A stretch of DNA of 47,009 nucleotides. It comes from Nemertoderma westbladi (Eukaryota > Animalia > Xenacoelomorpha). Every line of letters starts with the position of its first letter. The first letter of the stretch is position 1. The stretch spans positions 1-47,009 of the forward strand of contig JAUCBJ010001809.1 in NCBI GenBank assembly GCA_032718475.1, written 5' to 3'. Positions 34,480 to 44,462 of the stretch are shown one piece after another. A program made the position numbers and the translations under genes. A model generated the notes under the pieces. It had not been told where the DNA came from. It saw only the letters and a program-made list of their open reading frames with translations, and did not search any database.

Positions 34480-34600
34480 AAATGAATTAATCGTAGTTAT
34501 AATTGATTAATTTTAGTTATAAGTGATTAATTTTAGTGATAAGTGATTAATTTTAGTGATAAGTGATTAATTTTAGTGATAAGAGATTAATTTTAGTATT
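34480..34600. repeat. 20-bp tandem repeat TAATTTTAGTGATAAGTGAT, about 5-6 copies
   Basis: Direct reading; reverse-complement units CACTAAAATTAATCA occur at 32675-32760. Confidence 0.8.
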
Positions 34601-37249
34601 GGAAAAATAAGTGCCATAAACGAACATTAACCATAGCTACCGCTAATAGCTTACATGCCTTCTGCTTCCTGATTAATACAAAGTTATACGCATATTATAA
34701 GCCTACGCCTATAAGAATAGGTCGTGTTGGACCTTGGACGCGCGCTTACTCGCACATAGATAGTAATAACCTCTAGTTTTCATTACTGGATATTGTAAAG
34801 CAGTGACAGACACGTGGCAATAACCGGAAAACTACACGACAGAATTGACGTGGCCAACCAGACATCGCCCACGGACGCACTGCATCAACGTTCAACGATG
34901 AGTCGTTATGGTAACATACAGTTGCTGTAGTACAATAATTACGTTTCAGGGTTAGTTGAGAAACCGAGCCATCTGTTTAGGCCCTACTGCACAATAATTG
35001 CACAATTTTTACGCATTATTTCCATGTCATTTACATTGTACATGTAAAGTAAGCCACTGTAAAGCTAATACAACTGTTTATGCAAGGCGTAAAAGCAATT
35101 ATCTTGTACGCATATCAATACTATACTGGGCTTTTCACTGAATTACAATAATTCGGCTCTGAAATCTGCATGTTTTACAATATTAACTATTGATTACAGA
35201 TCGAACTGTTATTTAATTATATTTGCCCATTTTAGGATGAGAGCACGACAGTAATTAATAGATGTGAAAATACAGTTTTTTCCGACTATAAATAAATGGA
35301 CTATATCTGCAATGGTCAGAGTCGAGGCCAACAGCCACCACCTAGGTAGTATAAATATATATAAAATTACAAAACAAAGACGCAAAGACCTGTAGAAAAC
35401 ACGTGTTAACTTTCGTTTTGGTTCCCTCCACACGCCTCTTTAACCTGCTCCTTTACTAACCTGCTCATTTTAAATGGCAATGGGACCTAACGCGACTTCC
35501 TCTTTGCTTTGTACAGATGGTACTAACCCAAATTAGAGAGCAGTTTTTGGTACTTGAGTTATATTTTAAGAAAGAGAGGTAGTTACTGTAAATAAATATC
35601 TTTATTGCACAGCACAATAATGTAGTTCTTATCAATATGCCTTGTTGATTTGTGTCTTTGTAAAATTGTAAAACTCTGACAAAAATTCAAGTTAATGTGG
35701 ATGGCTTTACCATGATGTAATAGCGTTAGTTATATCATATTTTGTAATAATAAGTTTTTATAATAAATTTTTATATATGATTGTAAGCTATTCCAGAATG
35801 TTGGACCCAGTATACAGTTCCGTAGACTCATGAGGTTCTGTATGATTAAGCCTGCAGCGGCGGCCGGTGGACCTAATGTTTTGGGGCGAGCCACGAAGTT
35901 GGCGGAGCCTTAGTGAAGTGACCCTTTAGGGGGGTGGGTCAATTTTAGCAAATAGTTTTCGTTGTAACTTGCTAATAACTTAAGAATGAAAGCTTTCCGG
36001 AGTGAAAATTTGTATAAGACCAAAAGTTGGGATTTTTAGAGACTTCCAGACACGTTCAAGCCGAAACTTGTCAGATATGTGCTAGAACACATCCTGTGGC
36101 TTTGTGGTGTCGATACTCGGTCTGCAATTCTACAGACCGCTGGAAGATGGTGAAATGTCTGAAAGTGGAAACCTTCGCTCACTTGGTTATTTCTGAAATT
36201 TGACAGATACACATGCAGACAGACCATATCCGTAGGCTGCGTCTATTTTGGGACGGTAATCCCTCGGCAGTTCTCAAGTGTACCGCTAGTGGGCTGAAAT
36301 GAAAATATTTTAGAAATGTCTGAAATCTTATTAACCTTTCTTCTTCTATCTATATCGACCTCTTCTTGATTGATACCTGGCACATATTATATTCTACAGT
36401 ACTTAAACGGACTTAAATGGGACTGCAGTTACAGTCTGCCTCTAAGTGATAAAGTGATTAGGGATTTTCTCGACATTTTTAAGTTGACTTTCAAGTCCCC
36501 TCTTCCTGTCAGTGTAAAGTGATAGTGAACATGTGAAAGACGAAACACCAGAGGCAACTCGGAGACTCCTCTCTTGGCTGTTACCTATAAGGGAGGAAGG
36601 GCGCAACACTAACTCCCAATGTTGAACACTCAAATAACTACCCAACCCTATCTTTACTCCCCCAGCGACTTTTCAACTCGGTAGTTATACACCTACCTGG
36701 ACACGAATAATTCCCAGGGAGATATTTGTTAATCCATTATAGTACTGGTTGCTCGAAACGACACCATCACCCCCCTCCCCCTCATCCCACTCGCCATTAC
36801 GCTCTACAAAAATTATATTATTAATTTATATTTATATTTTAATTATTGTTGGTTTTCACAGCACAGTTAAAAATGTTTCAGATCGACAAAAGCACAATAT
36901 TGTTACCGTAAACTATACCTGTCTGCAGTTATCCTTGTCTCCACTACAGAAATACAACTGATTAAGAACACAAATATTTCACTCAGTGTTATATTTTATA
37001 TATCGTTTGTAATTCTTCCAATTTCAGTTGCGACAAAATATAATATCACACACAATAGGAATACTTTGTATAGATGCCCAACAAATTATAATATTGAATC
37101 AATCCATCCCTAACAGAAACACAAAATACAAAAATACGATGGAATAAACCAAAACCTGCTACACTAAACCTTAAAAAACAAAACGACGGTGGATTTCAGT
37201 AGTTCGGGTATCTTTGTGTTTGAACGAGCACTGGCCTTATTGGATCCAT

Positions 37250-38743
37250 CTACAACTCCTCTTTCTTCGCCTTCTCTTCGGTTGGTGGTATCTTACCAGG
37301 CGGTTTCTGTTCTTCCTCGGTCTTCTTCTTCCCTTCCATGAAGGCGACAAAGGATTCCAGATCCCGCTCCCCACTGTAATCAACAATCTCGTTGGTTCCT
37401 TTCTTAAACAACTTGATGGTGGGAAATCCTCGTACAGCAGCCGCAGGGATCTCGTTGGCTGTCGCATCGACTTTAGCGATAACGATGGCTTCATTGTCCT
37501 TAAACTTCTCGCCAAGCTCATCCCAGATGGGGGCCAACGCCTTGCAATGTCCGCACCACGGCGCATAGAATTCCACAAGGACATCCTTCTCCTTATCCAT
37601 AGCGACCGCCTCAAAGTTTTTACCTACGAGAACCTTGACGGGTTGTTTATCCCAATCATCTGGTATCTCTTCCGTCTTGAGATGCGGTTGCAGGTCTCCC
37701 TTCTGGTAACTATCGATAAAGGATTTTATGTTGTCGAAGGATAACTCTGTGAACTCGGGTTTGTATTTCCTCATATCTGCTTCCGCGTTCACTATTCGGA
37801 CGGCCGGAAGATCGGCCTTGACGATCCCGAAGTACTCGGCGACGCGAGCGTTACTGGGGTTGTTGTCGTTCACGTAGATGAACAGCATCTTCCCGCGGTG
37901 TTCCCGGGAGAGTTTCGTTAGGTGGTCCAGCAACCCTTGGAACTCATCCGATTCGGAGTTGACGAACAGAAGGATATGGTTCTTGATATCGCCACCAAAG
38001 AGCTTGGGAGCCGTCTTATCTGTGAATTCAACAACCAAAGGCAAATTGTTCTTACCGATGAAACTCTTTATGTTAGAAGCCGTAAACTCATCAGTGAAAT
38101 CGTTTCGTTTCTCGTCGAACTTCTTGAATAGGACCACACTGCCGTCCTTAACGTCGTACTTAGTGAGCACAGCGTCACTGTCAGCTATGCCGAAGGGTGT
38201 TTCATCATCTAGACGAGCCGCCTCCAAGTAGATCGCGGCCTTGTCGCTCTCGCGGTTCTTAAAGAAACCGATAACAACATAATCGTCATTATCAATAAAG
38301 GTCTGAGCAGCTTCTTCATCAGCTAGAACCACAGCTGGAGGTCCTGTCTTTTTCTTCAACCAGCTGACGATGGTGTCTGCCGTACGTCCGCCATTGTAGT
38401 CGGTTGGGGTGCCGCTACGGAAGAACTTCAAGGTTGGATAACCGCGAACGCCGAATTCCTTAGCTAAATCCGATTCCACAGTCGCGTCAACTTTCACCAG
38501 CTTAACCTCAGACCCTTCTTCTTTAAGTTGTCCGGCTGCTTTAACATATTCGGGCGCTAATTTCTTACAGTGTCCGCACCACGGAGCGTAAAACTCTACC
38601 AAGAGGTTCTCAGTTTTTAGAAGGTCCTTCCAGTTAGATTGTGTGCCGACAAACACTCCATCCTCCTGTTCTAATTTGCTGTCCAATTCAGCATTTGTCG
38701 TCACAAAAACAAGAAAACCCAAAAAGGCCGCTACAATTTTCAT
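37250..38743 (-). CDS. P4HB: Protein disulfide-isomerase (PDIA1/P4HB type), 497 aa, uninterrupted CDS
   Basis: Signal peptide MKIVAAFLGFLVFVTTNA, two EFYAPWCGHCK active sites, a-b-b'-a' layout, DWDKQPVKVLVGKNF, C-terminal KEEL ER-retrieval variant. Confidence 0.95.
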   Translation of the reverse strand: MKIVAAFLGFLVFVTTNAELDSKLEQEDGVFVGTQSNWKDLLKTENLLVEFYAPWCGHCKKLAPEYVKAAGQLKEEGSEVKLVKVDATVESDLAKEFGVRGYPTLKFFRSGTPTDYNGGRTADTIVSWLKKKTGPPAVVLADEEAAQTFIDNDDYVVIGFFKNRESDKAAIYLEAARLDDETPFGIADSDAVLTKYDVKDGSVVLFKKFDEKRNDFTDEFTASNIKSFIGKNNLPLVVEFTDKTAPKLFGGDIKNHILLFVNSESDEFQGLLDHLTKLSREHRGKMLFIYVNDNNPSNARVAEYFGIVKADLPAVRIVNAEADMRKYKPEFTELSFDNIKSFIDSYQKGDLQPHLKTEEIPDDWDKQPVKVLVGKNFEAVAMDKEKDVLVEFYAPWCGHCKALAPIWDELGEKFKDNEAIVIAKVDATANEIPAAAVRGFPTIKLFKKGTNEIVDYSGERDLESFVAFMEGKKKTEEEQKPPGKIPPTEEKAKKEEL

Positions 38744-40948
38744 TTTGGATATATATGTAATTTGAAATTAGAGTTGCAACGGTGAAGGATACAGGCCTAA
38801 GCTGCTAAGTACTGATGCCGAAAAGCTGGATATGTTTATTTATAAAAATTTCTGACTTATGATCCGGCACTTGTGTCAAATAGGGGACCCTCTCAACCTG
38901 CTAATCCTGAAATCACATAAACTAAACAGCTAAAGTCACTAGTCGACTAGTGCTAGTGCCCGGTTAGTAAAGGAGCAGGTTACAGAGGCGAGTTGAAAGG
39001 AACCAAAACAATAAATGAGAGTTAGAAATATTGTTTTATCACCTGCTAAGTGCTAAATATCAGGATTAGCCTGTTAGCAGGTGATTTCAGTTAGCAGATT
39101 AGGAGGGTCCCCTCCCCTATGTGCTATGTGACACTACAGCACTAGTACCGGTACCTTATGTTCTACGTTTGTTCAAATTAACTAGAGGTTATTGTTACCG
39201 CACAGAGTGGCAAGTGGCGATCCAAACAATAAATAGGGGTAAAAGCTTAACTGCATAATGCTGTAATGTAACGCTCTGACGCTAGGCCTAATAACTACCG
39301 GCTGACCGGCAAATATGTCTGTTTGAATGTTACGAAAGTAGGGAGAATGGAGAATGAGGTCTACTTTTGTACTCCCGAAATTGCGATGCAACCGGTACAA
39401 CTGCTGTACTGTCAGACTGTACTACGTGTTACCGGCCAGCCGGTACTGATGTAACGCTGTAACGATATATTTATCTTCCCTTCTGCCAGTCTACAGAACC
39501 TATGTTGTTATGTCAGCGTCAGGTTAAGGCAGTAAGGTATACCAGTTCAGGCTACATTGACAGCCAAATCCTATAGGCCTAACAAACAATAAACACGTAT
39601 TCATCATACTGCAATACTGTCATATGAAAACGAGACCTACACATAAACTGAAGACACAGATAATGGTTAACAATGCAATTATTCCACCAGTTATATATCC
39701 TGCCAAATCTAAACCCCTAAACCAATAGCCCATTCTATCTACAGCCCAGTTGAAATCCGAGGCATCTGATTGGAAGACGTGGCAGGCATTGCCGCATTAT
39801 GATGTAAAATAATGCTATCTGCCTATTCCAGCTGGCGCTGAGTAAAATTAATAATTACAAGGGAACTGGGGCCTTCAAAGGAAGAGAGAAAGCCCTATAA
39901 TTACTTCACCATTTGAATTGTTGGATATTGTTAATGCTTATTGCCAAAAGCAGAGCATTGTTAGGCATTCGGACTCATTTATAACGGTAGGTGGCGTGCA
40001 TTCATTTTAATTGCAATATTGGTGTCAGTTTGGTCTTGATGGTTGGTTACGGGAGATTAGTTTTGTTACAGTATTATATTCCCACCCAATTTAGGTTGCA
40101 ATATTATTAACATTATTTATTAAACACAGTGAAATATTATAAAATTAATTATATGCGACCAATGCATCTAATTAAAAAAATATATACATATGAAATGGTG
40201 ATATAAAAGATCGATCGTTTGTGGAGGGCTGATATAAAATATACAGTTTAGGGCAGGAAACTACTGTAATGCGAATAGGATTTGCGAGTTCCATATTCTC
40301 CTTCCCCCACAATGCTGTTAACCATGTCCCGAATGACTCATACTGCCGTCGGTAGATATCTCAGCAACTGGACGGCCGTGTGGAGACCAAACTTAGTGTG
40401 TAGGCAATGAGCGAGTTCCTTGAGGGGTGTGCGGACATGGTTTGTCTTTTTGCCGTATGTGTACGTATTTGAAAGAGTTCCCGCGTAGCCTACCGTACGC
40501 TACCGTACAGTATATGTGAGACGTATTTGCCCGTAATTCAGGAAGCAGCAGTCAGTGCACTACAGCACTCTGCACTATTGCTATATCTCATGGTACTGTA
40601 CCTGGCCTATTTATCCATGTTTATAGACCTGTACGTACAGTACATCAGGTAAATAATACAGCGAGCCGGCTGTACTGTGCTAAGATTATACAGCTCGCGC
40701 TTTGTGGGGTGAACCACGACGTTGCCGGAGCCTTAGTGAACTGACAATGTTAGGGGTGGGACAATAATGGCAAATAGTTGTTGACGGCGTAGTCTTCGTT
40801 ACGAGATTGACATGCTATTAACTTTGTCGGATGTGACGCTGTGTCGGTGTCGTGTTGAAAATTTGTTGGCATTATTACAGGACCAAAAGGTGAGATTTTT
40901 TAAAAGCTTTAAGAAACCCAGTTCATCAGTCTCCAACATGTCTAAAGT

Positions 40949-42012
40949 TCAAGAAATGAAAACAAATAAGTTGGTGCCAGTTCCCAAGAAGGGCAACCTA
41001 ACACTCTATGGTTCTTTTCGGGGAATCTCATTGATCTCGATTGCTGCAAAGCTATTATACAATAGAATTCCATTAAATCGCATCAGGGATCCCATACACA
41101 TAACCATTTGAAGTGTTATGGGGCGTCCTCCAGGGAGACACACTTGCACCATTCTTGTTCATAATTGTGGTTGACTATGTTCTACGCATGTCCTTAGATC
41201 ATCATAATGATGATGGGGTGATGATAACTCCACCTACTGGCTCCAGAAGTCGAGGAAATCCTGCCAAGTACCTAACTGATCTAGAATTTGCTGATGACTT
41301 AGGAGTATTCTCAGAATCACTAGAGGGAGCCCAACGGCTCCTCAGCTCATTAGAACATGCTGCTTCTAGTGTTGGTCTTTTTATTAACTCCAGAAAGACC
41401 AAAATTTTGACAGTTAACTTTGAAAGTTCTCAGCAAGTCTCTGATCGGATGAGCATAAGCTTAAAGGATGGTATGCTTGAGCATGTGGACGACTTCTGTT
41501 ACCTGGGATCATGGATCCGGAAGTCAGGTGAGGACCTTCGAATACGTAAGGGAAAGGCATGGGCAGCCTTGAATAGGCTTTCCAGGATTTGGAAGACACC
41601 GAGAATTAATCGGAAACTTAAGGTCCGATTATTTAGAGCAGCAGTAGTTCCAGTACTCCTCTATGGGAGTCCACGCTGGGCTCTAACTGCTGAGGACACC
41701 AAATCTCTGGATGGCACACTCACAAGAATGCTACGCCGGGTTCATTGTGTCAAGTACAATGCACACATCTCCAACCAGACACTATATAACATTGGAGGTG
41801 TCTCATTGGTTCCTCCAAGCTTGACACTAGAACAAAGCCGCCTCCGCTTTGCAGGACATTGCTTTTGCCGTGAGGACCAGCCAGTGCATAATCTTGTGCT
41901 TTGGCGGCCTCATGAAGTGAATAAGCATGGTGGACACTCCATGACTTTCTTGAGACGCATCTTAAAAGACACTGGCCTTTAAGATGCGATGATCTATCAA
42001 ATGTCATGGGTG
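40949..42012 (+). mobile_element. RTE-like LINE fragment with an internal deletion
   Basis: Near-identical to 32925-34310(-) but jumps at about 41095 from RIRDPI to PFEVLWGVLQGD; in-frame stop at 41980-41982. Confidence 0.88.
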
Positions 42013-42123
42013 CAAAGTACTTTACAGTGTTCTGATCCTCGTGACTTTATTTCCACTCACTCACTAACGTTCGTTCGTGTAACACAGCCACTCGGATCAT
42101 GACACTGTAAAGTGCTACTTTGC
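42012..42123. repeat. Inverted repeat (MITE core)
   Basis: TGCAAAGTACTTTACAGTGTTCTGATCC ... GGATCATGACACTGTAAAGTGCTACTTTGCA. Confidence 0.7.
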
Positions 42124-42284
42124 ACACAAGTATGTAAATACAGTAGTTATTACCATACAACAATAATGAAATCCGAAAAAGTATGACTTTTTATATCAGC
42201 TGATCGAGGTATTTTAGAATCTAGTCGAATATTACGATTGATTTGGTTGTAATGTGCTTTAAGCACCATTTTCGTTAGCAAAGG

Positions 42285-42425
42285 TTGTATAAAAATTTCA
42301 AAAGTTATATATAAATTTAAAAGTTGTATTAAAAGCTATATAAAAATTCCCAAAAGTTATATAAAAATTCCTAAAAGTTATATAAAAATTCATAAAAGTT
42401 ATATAAAATTAATTAATGTTATATA
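42285..42425. repeat. About 21-bp AT-rich tandem repeat AAAAGTTATATAAAAATTCCT, about 6 copies
   Basis: Direct reading. Confidence 0.8.
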
Positions 42426-42455
42426 GAATGTCAAGAAAATATTTTAGAACAATAT

Positions 42456-42569
42456 TTATTACCCTATTATTGAGTTATTTTCCCGGTTATTTAACCCGCG
42501 GGCAGGAAACCCAAGGTACCTGCCCGCGGGTTAAATAACCGGGAAAATAACTCAATAATAGGGTAATAA
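42456..42569. repeat. Perfect 51-bp inverted repeat with 12-nt loop
   Basis: 42456-42506 is the exact reverse complement of 42519-42569. Confidence 0.95.
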
Positions 42570-43368
42570 GTGTATGTTATTACCCACCCAGAAGTTATTT
42601 GCCCGCTTTTTAATAGTAAGAAGCCGTTTTTCAACTCGGTTATTTTCCCGGAACCCGCTTTTCGCATGTTCAAAACAGTTGCTATGGATAAGCAAGTACA
42701 TTCCATAATAATACAATACAATTTACTGTATTGTATTCACAATACAGTTAACATTGCGATTGTACTGTGTACTGTATGTGTATTCAGTCTTCATTTTTAT
42801 TCTAGAACTAATATTTGACATTTTGCCATAAAGATAGTAGCTAGTAATTTTGATTTTGTGTTAGCTAGTACTTTTTATTAGCTAGTGAAAATAATTATAA
42901 TTTAAAAATTTAACAGTCTTGTTTCTTGTAAAAATGGCTTTTATTGTGAGGTTTCTTATTCTAGAACAAATGTTTGACTTTCTGACAGTAAGATGGTAGC
43001 TAGTACTTTTGGTTTTGTGTTAACTAGGACTCTGCAACTTCCGCTGCCCGCTGCCACTGTGAATCAAATGATAACCTATGAGCAGGTAAGGAATCTTAGA
43101 TTGGTTTACCATAAAGCTTCTGTGCAGTCAAAATCTTTAAAATCTCTTAAAAGTCAAAGTCAAAATCAAATGTCAAAATCTCCTAAAAAGATGTAGTTAC
43201 GCCCGCCGCTTCGATGCTTTGATTAGTTTGAAAAATAGTTAAAAATATTTATAACGCGGTGTAACTAATGGAGAATATGTTCCAGATCATGAATCAATAG
43301 CCAAAATCAGCTATAAAATAATAATAAACAAACATTGTAATGGTGACACGCGCTACACCAGTACCTAA

Positions 43369-44002
43369 GGCCCCCCCCCCCCCCCCCTCACACACAGAAA
43401 CTTGTTGCTGGACCCCCTCACACACAGAAACTTGTTGCTGGACCCCCTCACACACACAGAAACTTGTTGCTGGACCCCCTCACACACAGAAACTTGTTGC
43501 TGAACCCCCTCACACACAGAAACTTGTTGCTGGACCCCCTCACACACAGAAACTTGTTGCTGGACCCCCTCACACACATAAACTTGTTGCTGGACCCCCT
43601 CACACACAGAAACTTGTTGCTGAACCCCCTCACACACAGAAACTTGTTGCTGGACCCCCTCACACACACAGAAACTTGTTGCTGGACCCCCTCACACGGA
43701 GCAACTTGTTGCTGCAAATTATTTCCGAAACTTGTTTCTGTGTGTGAGGAGTCCAGCAACAAGTTGCTGCAACAAGTTGCTGCAACTTGTTTCAGTAACT
43801 TATTTCAATGTGTGAGGGGGTCCACCAACAAGTTGCTGGAAGTTATATTCCCAGCAACTTTTTTAAAAACCTTTTTTACATCCAATTTTTATATTAGAGC
43901 TAATATTCGATAAATTGAGTGATTTGATATTATATATAAATGACTGGACTGGACTGGGCAGCAACAAGTTTCAGAAACAAGTTGCTCCGTGTGAGGGGGG
44001 CC
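43369..44002. mobile_element. PIF/Harbinger-like MITE with an internal 30-bp tandem array (about 10 copies)
   Basis: TAA|GGCCCC..CTCACAC left end and GTGTGAGGGGGGCC|TTA right end; array unit GGACCCCCTCACACACAGAAACTTGTTGCT over about 43385-43715. Confidence 0.8.
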
Positions 44003-44462
44003 TTATATACATTCAAGAACATTACTTGTTACTTAATTAACAAATTACAAAATTGGATAGCGGTAGCAAGAAAATAGTTCTAGAACAACAACAATTTGTT
44101 TCAGAACATATATTTATATTAAAAAAATAACATGTTCTGTTCTAGATCATAAAAAAAATGGGAAAAAACTAGACTTGTATGAAAGTTAAAGTAACAGAAA
44201 ATAAGAAAAATGGAACCGGGGCGGAACTGACCCCATTAGTAAAGAAATTTAGGGAATTTGGGTATCAACTATAATAACTTGAGAAAGCGGGCGGGAGGGG
44301 GGGGGGGGGTTATTGGGTGGATTTAAACCATAAGGCGATGAGCGCAGCATATTTATTAACACGTCAATTACAAAGCGAAATTATTTAAAAAACATAGAGC
44401 CAAATGATAAGAGTGTCAGTGTGATGATGAAAACAATAAATACAATACCAGTACCAATAGAA

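Noticed and set aside
43340-43913. QKLVAGPPHT / CEGVQQQVSV / HRNLLLDPLT repeat proteins
   Set aside because: All frames are open because of the 30-bp array inside a MITE.
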